Shown: positions 39,901 to 51,757 of the stretch, one piece after another | Layout of the letters: every line of letters begins with the position of its first letter | Numbering within the stretch: position 1 is the stretch's first letter | Assembly (NCBI GenBank): GCA_013115145.1 | Contig: JAAPAO010000023.1 | Coordinates: 62,001-126,000, forward strand | Length of the DNA: 64,000 nucleotides | From: Perkinsus chesapeaki ATCC PRA-425 | Taxonomy: Eukaryota; Protista; Perkinsozoa | Reading direction: 5' to 3' | The notes under the pieces: generated by a model | The model's input: the letters and a program-made list of their open reading frames with translations, nothing else | What the model was told of the DNA's origin: nothing | Database searches by the model: none | Program-made: the position numbers and the translations under genes

Positions 39901-40188
39901 AGCATTCGGGTAGGAGCGACGGAAGAGATAGGGGGTGCTCGGTGACGGGTGGGAAATGCGATCCTGAGAAAGTGTGGTAGAAAAGGTGTTCGCAATGAAA
40001 AGTGGAAGCATCATGGTTGCCTGACAGAGTGGCATTGGTGAGACGAGTGAATAGAGAGTTGATTGACGTTGATTTGCTGACGTGCAACTCATCGATAGCC
40101 TCCTGGTCTCAGACGGTAGCCTTCTTTATGTTGTTAGATACCATTATGCTGGTTATTGGCACCATCACTGAACACCACATCAATGTGA
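36972..40188 (+). CDS. YIF1: YIF1/HRF1-family ER-Golgi membrane protein with a Q/G-rich N-terminus
   Basis: LRPYFNITHSYVKWK, RPDMYIPLMSFITYVLAYAI, FHPDVL, WWGLLGYLSLAAAY, YVVFAIALAQ|IPLCWLL match YIF1 motifs. Confidence 0.8.
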
Positions 40189-40378
40189 AGAGGGACAGGC
40201 GGTCATTGCTGTATCCTACCGATGCCTGGCACTGTTGAATAGTATTATTGTAAATGCGAACTAGGGAAGAAGGTTTGCTTTATTGACATTTTCTCACGCG
40301 CCGCGAGTTTTGTGTTCGCTGTCCCCCTTCGAGTCGTCGGTGGATTTCACCGTACCGCGTTTGATCGCATGTCCCGTG

Positions 40379-42217
40379 ATGGCAACTGAGGACTTCATTC
40401 GGATTCAAGAGGAATGCAGCAGGATGGTTCTGAGAGAGCAGATGGGTGGCCGACGTCCAATAGCTGGTACGAAAAATGTGAAACATGAAACGCTTCGCTC
40501 CGCTAAGCTTTTCTTGTCAGGTGAATACACTTGCCACTCCTGTACAGGCATGTCCCAAGAAGCTATGAATAAGTTGATTGCCGCCTTGCCGTATCGGAGA
40601 GCTAGTAGAAGTCACCGAAGAGCGGTATCTGACCCTGGCACTGGGGGAAGGGGACAGCAGCTTTGTGCAACACAAGCCTGGTCGGGGCCGGTGAGCCAGG
40701 GTGCGGCAACTGGTCGCTGTGGTGATGATGATGGTTCCTCCTCCTCTGGTTTGTCAACTGGTCAGCTTGGATACATCACTGGCCTCGAGGAGCCTCGAAA
40801 TGGATGGCCGAGTTCTTCAAGAAGTGTCTCCGAGGTGGGCTGCGGCTGCTGCTGGTGTGATGCCAAGCTTTGCTGTTGCTCAGTGTCATAGTGAATGGAG
40901 ATTCACTTATGGGCCGGTGAGCTATATCACCGCGGGAGATTCCAGCGAGTGCAGTAGTAATGGCGGCTGTCCTGTGGTGGGGAGGGATGCTGGGAGGTTG
41001 GAGGCAGCAGATAGGTTGCACTTGAAAGTAAGGCACGGGGGCGTCACTGTTGTTGTACTGGTTATGTCGGACAGGTTCATCGTATGGGGCAGGAGCCGTC
41101 GGAGGTTGAGGATATCAGCAGCGTGGACTCTGAACGGGCGGCGAATGTGTCGCTGACACCGTTGGTATCGCCGAGGCTGCCAGATGAGGAGGGGAGTTGT
41201 GGGAAAGTTGGTATGCGTGCAGAGATATGTGTAAAGTACCGTGGCGTACCGTCGGCGAGCCTTGCTAGAGCGGGACGCCGAGCGAAGACGGCTTCTGACC
41301 AGAAGCCTACGAGCCGGGCAAAGAAGTTGGTAGGTAACGATCTTAGGGCTGTCAGGGGAACTGGGCTTGACAAGAGAGAACGGACAGCAGCGGTGGCAAA
41401 GGCGGCACCGTGTGAGGTACTGAAGCCGGCAATGAAGGCCGCACCGTGTGAGGTACTGAAGCCGGCAGTGAAGGCGGCACCGTGTGAGGTACTGAAGCCG
41501 GCAGTGACGGAGGTTATGAGGCCTGTTGGTCCTCGGAAGATGGCACCTGTCAATGGCTCGATGTCGGATACAGAGGTGGTTGTCAAGACTGTTGCAAGGC
41601 ACTATCTTCAACGACGATCAGCATCTGTGACGCCTAGGGTAGCTTTAAGGGAGCCGAAGAGGGTACGAAAGAAGGTGAGGTCGAGTGTTGGTAAGGTTGA
41701 GGAAAGATCTGCGGCCCTGCCGCCTAGACGGGGAGGGTCTGGGTATTCCGAGGCGCGTCGGAAGGTGCTTCAGCGGACGAGAGAGAGGTATCTTTTGAAG
41801 CAGGCAGCGTTTAAGTTGTGGGTGGAGGTTAAGCGTGATCTTAGAGCTAGAAAAGATACTGAGAGAGCCACTAGGGGGATTACTGGGCAAGTGCCGGTGA
41901 CTAAGCCTCGTGATGTGTGCCACACACGGACGTCGCTCCTGCGCAACTCGGCGAAGCTGCTGGTCTCGTCGACCGAAGAGAGGAGTCCTCTCCCCAGCCC
42001 TGCGGTCAGGCGGCCACCGGCATCTGTGAAGTTGCCTAAGGCTTGCAGGTTCTGTGATGAGCCTCGCTCGGTGAGTGATGTTCGAGCAAGGTATGCCGAG
42101 TGGGTTAGTAGGGAGGCTGAGGCCCGGGTAATGCCGTGGAGGGCTGGCATGAATTTTAGTCTGGACGGGTATCTTAAGGAATACACCGTTAAAGCTGATC
42201 ATGGTTCATCCTCTTGA
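40379..42217 (+). CDS. Hypothetical basic, low-complexity protein (multi-exon)
   Basis: ATG 40379, intron 40468-40520, then a 377-aa terminal ORF. No family recognised; internal exon structure uncertain. Confidence 0.55.
41399..41507 (+). repeat. 36-bp x3 coding tandem repeat (KAAPCEVLKPAx)
   Basis: GGC(G/C)GCACCGTGTGAGGTACTGAAGCCGGCA at 41401, 41437 and 41473. Confidence 0.95.
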
Positions 42218-42306
42218 TGTCATCGGTCTCATCATGTGTTGTGTTCGAGTGCGGCAATGGTATGGTGTAGTTTCTTGACATCGTCGTCGTCTGACTCAAC
42301 ATCACT

Positions 42307-45086
42307 ATGACTACTCTCCGCCCCAACATCATCCTTCTCAAGCAGGGCACTGATTCCTCTCAAGGTAAGCAACCAGCGCTAGTGCTGCCACTCCTGATCC
42401 AGCAGCAGCAGCGGTAGCTGTCATTATAGCACTTATGTTCTTTCCTGCTACATTCCTTTAAGAACACGACTACTTCACCGAGCATGGCGATTCTAATACC
42501 TCGTGGCTGTATCGAAGGTGTAGTATATTTATCTGGCAGGTATCCCTCAGATCATTTCCAACATCAACGCCTGTGAGGTTATCGCGGACATAGTCCGTAC
42601 TACGCTGGGGCCACGAGGGATGGATAAGCTCATCCACTCGGAGAGTCGGGAGCCGACAATTACTAACGATGGCGCTACTGTCATGAAGCTGCTCAATATC
42701 AGTCATCCCGCCGCCAGGCTCATGTCTGATATCTCCAAGGCTCAAGATGATGAGGTGAGTTATTGGTCAAAGTGCTGGTAGGGATGGCGGGATCAGGTCG
42801 GAGATGGCACTACGTCTGTTGTCTTGTTCGCTGCTGAGCTTTTGAAAGAGGCGAAGATGTTCTTGGAGGAAGGCCTGCCTCCTCGGGCCCTTCTTAAGGG
42901 GTATCGCAGGGCCCTTCAGTTGGCTTTGGGTAGGTTATGGATGAGTAATGGTGGTGACGATAGTGGTGACAGATAAACTGGAGGAGTTGGCGGTCGATTT
43001 GACGGCCAAGGCGCCAGAGGAGAAAAGGGAGATGTTGGTTAAGTGCGCCGAGACGACACTCAACAGCAAATTAGTTAGCGGCCAGAAGAAGTAGGATAAC
43101 CTCGGCGAGGGGGGTGATGGAAATCTCTTTGTCAGATTCTTTTCGGATATGGTCGTGTCGGCAGTGTTGATGCTGGATCAGGATTCATTGCCTGTGAACA
43201 TGATCGGCTTCAAAAAGGTCCCTGGTGGATCGTTGACTGAGTCTAGACTGGTCGATGGTGTTGCTTTTAAGAAGACTTTCTCTTATGCTGGTAATAATAA
43301 AGGAATCCTGTCGGAGGGTTGCGCAGCAGATGGGGCCATTGGGGCCGGCGGGTGAAGTATTTACCCTTTCCGTAGTGGAAGTTAACCAGCTTCGATTCGG
43401 TCACCTCCCCTAATGGTACCGTGTCGTCGTTGCCTGTATTGTTATTGTCAGGTTTCGAGCAGCAGCCTAAGTACTTCAAGAACCCAAAGATCCTGCTCCT
43501 CAACCTCGAGCTGGAGTTGAAGGCCGAGAAGGATAACGCTGAGGTAGGCTGGGGCCATTGGAGGCCTAGGCGATGCTGATCGATTGAACACATTGGGACT
43601 CCGAATCTCCACGTTGATTTTTGCTCTTCAAACGAGGTTCTTTCAGGTTCGTATTTCCAACCCCGATGAGTACCAGGAGATAGTGGATGCCGAGTGGAAC
43701 GTCATTTACGAGAAGCTCGATAACATTGCCAAGAGCGGCGCGCAAGTTGTCCTGTCTCGCCTTCCTATTGGAGATCTAGCCACACAGTACTTTGCTGATC
43801 GTAACATTTTCTGCGCCGGCAGGGTCGACCAGGACGATATGAACCGCACGCTGCTGGTAGTGGTACCTTCGGTGGCGTTTTGCCTTCATGGTGATTCAGG
43901 CCGTCGGTGGATCTATTCAAACTACTGTGAACGGATTGACTGATGATGTCCTTGGTACATGTGGCAGCTTTGAGGAGGTTCAGATTGGCAACGAACGTTA
44001 TAACATTTTCCACCAGTGCCTCCAGTCGAAGAGCGGTAAGTCCGAGCTTGGGTAGTCGAGTGAATTTGATGGGAGCTGCCTCTCTCGGGCTCGGGAACGT
44101 CCACATCGCAGCAGATCATGTTTTTGTCCTTGTTCAGCGACCATCATCCTGCGTGGCGGTGCGGCCCAATTCATTGAAGAGGCCGAACGTTCCCTCCACG
44201 ACGCTGTTATGATTGTTAGGAGGGCCCTTAAGTGCTCCAAGGTGGGACGACGACGGTTAAGGAGGGGGCCTTGTTTAATATTATATATCAGATTGTTGGC
44301 GGTGGCGGTGCTATAGAGCTAGAGCTGTCTCGTTACCTTCGGGAATACTCTAGGACTTGCACCGGTGCTGATCAGGCTGTTATCAACTATTATGCGAGGT
44401 AAGCGAGAGGGAATACTAGGTGTTACCCAACCCAGGAGAGAGGAAGTCTCTTCTTGCACCTGGAACGTGTTTCCTATCAAACTTTCTATTGTACCTTTGC
44501 GCCTGGAGATTCTCTATCGAGCTTTGTATTCTGCCTACTTGGTCTTTTATCTCCCTTCTGTTTGAGGAATGCGCTATCTCTTCAGAGCCCTCGAGTGCAT
44601 CCCTCGTACTCTTGCCCGTAATAGCGGCGCCGACGCCACGGATCTACTGAACAAGCTGCGATACAAGCATGCTGAAGGTAAGCCAATTCTGTGACGCGGA
44701 TTGAGATGGTGGCGTCACAGGCTTGTCTGGTCGGTGGTACGGCGTTGATTGCTACAACTGCGATATTACCAACACGGTTGACAACTTCATTTGGGAGCCT
44801 GTAGTCGTGAAGAGGAACGCATTGGGCGCAGCCACAGAGGTAGGGGGTAGGTGAGCAGGATTTGAGGAGAGAGCGGTATGGGTTTAGGCAGCCTGCATGA
44901 TCCTCAGTATTGATGAGACGGTCACTAACCCCAAGTCGGAACAGCCGGTAAGGAAAATTGTAAACGTGAATCGCTTCGCTCCGCTAAACCCACTTTGTTC
45001 AGGGTGGTAAGGGCAAGGGAGGCATGCCCATGGGCAAAGGAATGGGCCGTGGCATGATGGGCGGCAAAGGGATGGGTCGAAGATAA
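42307..45086 (+). CDS. CCT7: T-complex protein 1 subunit eta (CCT7)
   Basis: [20 protein letters not shown]|..[54 protein letters not shown]|[41 protein letters not shown]-rich tail; TAA 45084-45086. Confidence 0.97.
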
Positions 45087-45286
45087 ATAAACGTTAGGAG
45101 CGAGCCGACGTGAAGGCTACTACTAGAACGTATTTAGACGACGAGTCCGTCGATTAGGACTGTGATTAGGATGGTAGTGGCCAACAAATACCTTTTAAAA
45201 GTGATGACGATCATCTAGGATGGTTTTCTGCTGACTTTGGTGTTGAATTCAATGTCACTAAAGGGAGGGTCTAGCAGTTTGTGAGA

Positions 45287-48110
45287 ATGTCCTCGGAAGC
45301 ACCACCACCAACAGGGGCAGGGGCAGGAGCAGAGTCTTCTGTTGTGGAAGGTGTGCCGGCGGCATATTTCACCGAACCGCCATTCGAGGCATTCTCGATG
45401 TATGGTGCGGTGAAGCTGGATGAGTATATAAGAGAGCTGGGAGAGGAGTATTGGAAGTATCGGGTAGTAGGGCACCAGAAGTCTGGATGGACCACACTCG
45501 GCCATTGCTAGTCTTCGGTCGCTGGTGGAGCGTTCTTGCGATGCTGTGGAAGTTGTTAAGTCCCATTTCGCTCCTCTCTTTCGAACACGTGAGCCTAGGA
45601 AGGAGTTTCCCTGAATTCTCACCGTACGGAACTTGTGAGTGCTGCACTATTGAATCACCACCGTGTCACCACTAGGTATCGTCTAGTAATAATAATCTCT
45701 CGGGTATATCGAGATGGAAGCTGCCCCCGCCGGTGAAGACGATGGCACCGAGCGTGCAGCCAGTGGAGGAAGAGGAGGTTGAGGAAGGTAGCGAGCCTTG
45801 GTATTCAGGACTCGACTGCGTGTCAGCTCCAACTGCTACAACAACAGTGGTGGCCTCGCCCACCTCTGAGGAGGACAGCAGTGCTGCGGAGCAGGTGAAG
45901 CAGGCGGATCTACCTCGCAGACTGGTCCGACCGAAAAAATGCTTCCTCCACAAAAAGCCGAGGCCGCATACTTGTGCGAAATGCCGGAAGTATGCGGAGG
46001 AGATGGAAGAGTTTAATAGGAGTCTTATCGAGATGGCAGGTAGGCCGGTGACGTCGGCTGGCAATGGGAGGGTGCGAGGATATCAGACCCCTCAAAACAA
46101 CCAGTCAGAGATTCAACATCGTTGGAAGGGTCTGGTGGAGGAGAGGAGGAAGGTGTTGATGTTGATGGCAGCGGAGCCTTGATATTGGTCAACCAAGGAC
46201 CGCTGTATGGCCTCTACCCGACACTGATGCAGAATATTTGTTCATCTGAGTGAGTACGACGGATACCTCTCTGATCTTGATGTGGTTGGTAGTTACTATA
46301 AGGAGGGGCTTGGAGGGATAGGAACGGTGGAGGAGGTCGTAGAGGAGGTGGAGAAATCTGCGAATCACGCGGAGCCGTAGGCGGAGCGAAGCGGCGATTA
46401 GCATTATCTGTGGACTAGGTACAACGTTGGTGCGTTGAACATGCCGTCAACACTGTTTTGTTGCCTTTATAAATTATGTAAGATTTTGATAAATCTATCG
46501 GAGTGAGATTTGGAGAGTTTCAGGCACATTGGGGCCTAGTCCGGCAGATTTGCGACATATGTTGGGTAGGGGAAAGAGCCCGTAAGAGTATCTTTGTTGG
46601 GTATGAAGTGCACGGTTGAAGCTTAGATACGTAGTGTGTCTTGGACTCCTCTACCTGCGATGTGTGAGCAAGCCCAGCAAGTTATGGACATGGTTCTATC
46701 CCATCCTTTTCAACACCACTGTAGCCCCTCTTTTCTCGACGGTAGCCGTGGGGATGTCCGATTTAGGTCTTCCATCCGGAGCAAGTGATAGGAGAGGTCG
46801 AGGCCGAACCGATGACCCTCGGCCGCTATGCTGAGTTGCTGCTGCTCACCCACAAATACTTCACAGTCAATCTCAACAGGTTGGAATGTATCTACCTCAC
46901 AAGTCGCTGATGTCGTTCAGGTTGCCTGAATCAGCCCTGCAATCGTTTGGAGTTCGGTGCATCCTATTGGACACGGAGGATTGCCGCAGTAGAGCTGCTG
47001 GCCATCCTGAGAATGCCGACCAACTCAGTGTTGTTGGTACATATGTAAGCATGACTTCTTTGATTGTAGTGGAGGACCTAAATGCCAGGTGTTTGCTCGT
47101 AGTGAGGACTCAGGAACATGGGATTTGGGGCAGATAGTGCCGGGTGGAGACGCCAGCCTTGGAATGGTGGAGGTACCTTTGGGGGAGGGAGGCGCTCCAG
47201 CTCCAATGTTCGGGGCCGCTCTAGTAGCGTTATAGTGAGTGACGCTGAAGCATTTATGTTATAGGCAGTAGTTATGTTATTATCGGATTGGCAGGGAGGG
47301 CAGGGTTATGAATGCCAATCTGCGACACTACTGCGAAGTGAACTGATGAGGAGAAACCAGCACTTGCCCAATTTTTCTGTAGGATTTAACTATTGGTTTG
47401 AAATGGTGTAGGCGAATGCTATATCGGTCGTATTATTATTACAACTAGTTTATATCGAGCTGATGCTTGATAGCAGTCTTCATTGGCGACTGCCCAGGTT
47501 CGGACGTCAGAGACTGAGACCAGGTTGGTCCATTGGTCGACCCTACGAATGTGTATGGATGTAGCGGCGGCCCGGAGAGCAGCGGATGCGGTGGCCTTTA
47601 CTAAGGAGGATGGTGAGGAATTCGGCAAATAGGAGGGTTCGAAGTGTGTTTCCTTAGATGCAGCAAGAGCTCGTAGACGGGCACTTCTAGTCTGGCGGCA
47701 ACAGCAGAGGGCATTTGCGGAGGAGAGAGCATTTAGAGTGTCCGCTGGATGGCAGAGCCGAGGAGTTACTGATGATGTAGGTCTCGATAGGGAGATACGG
47801 AAGCCTTCAGACTTGAATAACATTGCGGGTTAGACTTGGTAGAATGATTAGAACCGAAACGCCCGAACTTTCCTTAGAACTGAAATTTCCGAAGCCTTGG
47901 GGGGACTCGCAGAAAGGCGCTCGTGAGCTTGTTGATCGGAAAATGTAACCTAGGACCTTTGGAAGGGACGTAATGAAGATTGGCAATGATCTGTTGATCT
48001 CGTGGCAGATACATGAGGAGGAGTTGGAGCAGTTGCCAACGGCAGAAGGGCAGGAGGAGGAGAGTGAGGAAAGTGCCCCCAAGAAACGCCGTGTTGTCTC
48101 TAAAGAGTAA
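45287..48110 (+). CDS. PRPF38B: Pre-mRNA splicing factor PRP38B-like (3' extent uncertain)
   Basis: LMQNICSSE|YYKE..VEEVVEEV..HAEP|YNVG..PSTLFCCLYKL|..YVVCLGLLYLRCVSKPSKLWTWF matches the PRP38B core. The N-terminus has C-x2-H..C-x2-C. Exons after ~46800 are tentative. Confidence 0.75.
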
Positions 48111-48530
48111 TAAAGGGGCTTCATGGCCGTGGGTTGAGCGAGCGGATATGATCAGCTGCTCACGCCAGTTGCACCTGTGCTTTGCCACTCTTTCGTGGAG
48201 TTCCTAAGAACTTATAACCCCAATTCCGCACTCTGCTGTGAAAAGGATTCCTAGTTCTACCTGTGCAGAATTAACTACCAATGAACCTGACAGCTTCGTG
48301 GTTGATTCCTTGTTGTTCGTGTATCAGATACCAACAACAGCAAGAGGCTCTGCTACGTCGAAGATACGTGGACTCGGCAGCTCCCAAGCCAGCCGCCGCT
48401 CGAAAGGACCAGGAAGAGCCCGATGTCGGCTTTATCGGTTAATTTTTCCTCCCAATCGTTTCCTAACCTGAACTGGCTTCTAGTGCGACGCTACTGATTC
48501 GCGCTATTGTTAGTTTTTTCATTCGCTTTA

Positions 48531-49811
48531 ATGGCGCCAGTCGTCTCTGTTCCCGCCAGAGAGCCATCAGCGGCTCTTGTAGACTTCTCCGCTGCAACCT
48601 CCGGAGCTGCAGGGGCCGCCTTTAGCACGCTCGTTATGTAATTCATCGGGCGCTTCTGTAAGGCTCGGTATCATTATCCCAGGTATCCCCTCGACACGGT
48701 GAAGACACGCTTGAATGTCGGGGTCGATGAAAACGGTGAGCCTTATGATAAGGGGTCGTTGGACGTCCTCGTTCGCACTGTTCGGTAGGCAGCCTCGCTT
48801 AGAGTTAGTCTCAGTTTCGCCCGTTTTAGTTCGGGAGGCATTGGTGCTCTTTACCGCGGTTTAACGGCGAAGCTGTTCCACAGTGTCCTTCAGAAGTTCG
48901 TCTATTTCTACCTCTATAGCGCACTCATCGTAAGGAGCTCACGAGCGCTGGCTGGAAGGGAGAGAGACCTTTGTTGTCTTAGCGTGTTTATCAATCTAAA
49001 CGGCGCGTTGAAGGGAAGCTATCGGTATCTGCCAATCTTGCTCTTGGTTACATAGCAGCACTCGGAAGTGTATTTGTGACGACGCCTGTAGAGATAGTTC
49101 AGACTAGGCAGCAGGTAATTGATGACTGCCACTCCTCGGCAACAACGGTGTTTGTAGGTTGGACGCTCTGAAGGTCACTTCCTTCGTCACCTAACGCAAA
49201 TGGCCATCACCGAACCAACCGATTTGTAGGGAATGCTGCTTCGTAGGCCGCCTCCTCCTGGTCATGAGGGTTCTCAGGTACGCTGGCCTCGGTTCGAATA
49301 TAATATTATGCATCAATCCAGCAATCGAATATACTACGTTCGATCAGCTTAAAAGGCCCTTCCTTAAAGGACGGTATGAGTAACGCGATCTGCTCTTGTC
49401 GAGTGTGTTGTCGTTAGGTCCAATTTAACATCGATGGAAGCGTTCTGGCTCGGAGCTCTCGCCAAGGCTGTAGCTACGATATGCACTTTCCCGTAGTTCG
49501 CTTGCTTCTCTACGGTAGCGATTGCTTTGATTGCAGATATGTAAGAGTGAAGGTTTTGCAACAGACGAAAGGCAAAGGAAATGACCCTACCGAGGCGAGC
49601 CCAAAGAAGTTGCTGAAGGACATGTGGGACGAGGAAGGTGGCAGTGTGGCTGGATTGTACAAGGTTGGTTGCGTCTCTGTGCCCCTTACTGTATCGCCCC
49701 GTGCAGGGAATGAGCCCGCAACTCTACAAGGGGGTTTTAACAGCAGCGTTGATGCTGATGGCAAAAGAGAAGATAGATGAGAGCATTAAAAGTGTCATAT
49801 TGAGGAGATGA
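48531..49811 (+). CDS. Mitochondrial-carrier-family protein, peroxisomal adenine-nucleotide/CoA carrier (PMP34/ANT1)-like
   Basis: Three carrier signatures: YPLDTVKTRL, TTPVEIVQTRQQ, TFP|YIRVKV. Also LCINPAIEYTTFDQLK and FWLGALAKAVAT, typical of the peroxisomal subfamily. Confidence 0.85.
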
Positions 49812-50243
49812 TGATGTGTGATTTCATATTAATTTATCGTTTCATTATTTATTATTGTTCGTGGTGTTTCCAAGCTCTCAAAGACAACATTGACACAAAC
49901 GACGGCGAATGCCAAGATCAGTTGGCTATAATGAAGAATAACGTTACCGAACTACACGGACATCATCATCACGAACAACATTCAGTCTTCTGGTGGCTGA
50001 TCAGCTGCATTCGATCACTCGGGTGATCTACCTAGTTTGCCAGCTCCACTCTTTCCATTTCCTATCAGAGATTGTCCTCCAAACTTATCACGCAGAAGTC
50101 CGTTCCTACGCAGCGGTATTATCAAACTTCATTCTGGTGTATGTTGTGAATAACGACATCTTTTGGAGTTGATAACTGCTAATGCGAAGGTTAGGGAACT
50201 TCCACAACAACATGAACCGTGAAATAGTTTCTTCTCGTGTTGA

Positions 50244-51145
50244 CTATCCGCCATTTTTGAGGTGAAATAAACCTTTCTCGGGGGAGGAGAGTGCGGGGTT
50301 GCTTATTCTCTTCGCTTCCTCCAACTTGTCTATGATTATGTGTTTCTTGGCGATCAAGAAGTCAGAGACCCAGGCGAAGGGGCGATTCTCTCCTCCAGCA
50401 GTGATTGTCAGCGCGCGGAGGATTTCCTCGCAGTTCGGTCTTCCTGGCAGTTCTAGGATACCTCTCACCGCTCTAGCAACGTCACCGAAAGGGTTTAGAT
50501 TTTGGGAACGTCTCTGCGCGCTCGAGTCGAAAAGCGGGCTGGCAAACTGGAAGAATTTCTCCACTTTATCGGGTTCTCCGCTGACTGCAGTAGAATCGTT
50601 ATCAAATCTGAAGCGAAGCCACTGTAACGTTGGACTTGACCTGAGGTATAACATGATCGCCTTAGTGGAATTGGCGCCGCTACCTAAAAGCCACTCGAGC
50701 CTCACCTCCATTCCAACTGATGTAGGTTTCTGTGTCGTGGTTGACTCTATACAAAGAGACATTGAGCGCTCAGAGGAGATAGTCCAACTTACGGTATGCT
50801 ACGAACATGAAAGAATCCCGACCCTTGTTTGTGTTTCAGCAAGCAGGAGTTCTTATCTTGGGCAATCTAACGCAAACAGAATCAATTGGTAACAGCACCC
50901 AGAGAGTCGTAACGGCGACACCGAATCTTCCGGCGAAGGAGCTTCCGTACGATAGTGTCACCAAACCTACTTCAATGTCGCCCACCACGGACTTCTGTAC
51001 ACCATCAGTCTGCTTATTAGTCTGACCACCAACAGTATAATTCTGATATATCACTTCTAACCTTTCTCGGTCTCGCTCTCACAGCGCCCATCAACTCTCG
51101 TGTCGAAATGAAGCATAGTAGAGTGAAGACGTTGGAGGTGATCAT
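50244..51145 (-). CDS. Hypothetical lineage-specific protein, possible signal peptide (multi-exon)
   Basis: Hydrophobic start MITSNVFTLLCFIS, followed by spliceable exons into the 172-aa terminal ORF. No family recognised; the first junction is unresolved. Confidence 0.4.
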
Positions 51146-51757
51146 TCTTCTCAAGATGGAAACAACGCCTCAAAGGGGAAACTTCAACACGACGCCAGTT
51201 GGCTGAGAACACTCAAATGCTTGTAACATCAATTCTCTAGCGGCAATCACTCCGAGGAAATACCGATCGCGCGAACGTTTAGACCTTCGGTGCCCGCCTG
51301 GGAAATCAATACCATTCGACACCTGCACCGGGTGCAGTGCACGCAATCATTCTCGCTCTAACTTGTTCCACTTTCGTGCGAACGACACGGAGAGCGGACC
51401 GGTCGACGAGACAGCAGCATAGGCAATGTACCGAAATTTCGACCAGGTTAGCGCGACTCATTTATGTTTCAACTAGACTGTAGGTCTGTGTTTGATATTG
51501 CGAGTTCTGGGATGAAGTCGAGCATCTCGACTGAACTGGCGCGAGACGGCGGTGAAGGCGAGAGAGGATAATTCGACAAATTGGGAACTTGGTCGGGAGT
51601 GCCGCCGACAGGTATTGCCAACACCATAGTCATCAGCTGACTACACTGACAGTTAACTTGTACACAAACCACTAGAGATGTGAAACCATAAAAAATTAAA
51701 TAAATAGAGATTGTGAGGGCAGCGAGATTTAAACAATAATTAAGAGCTTTGAATATC

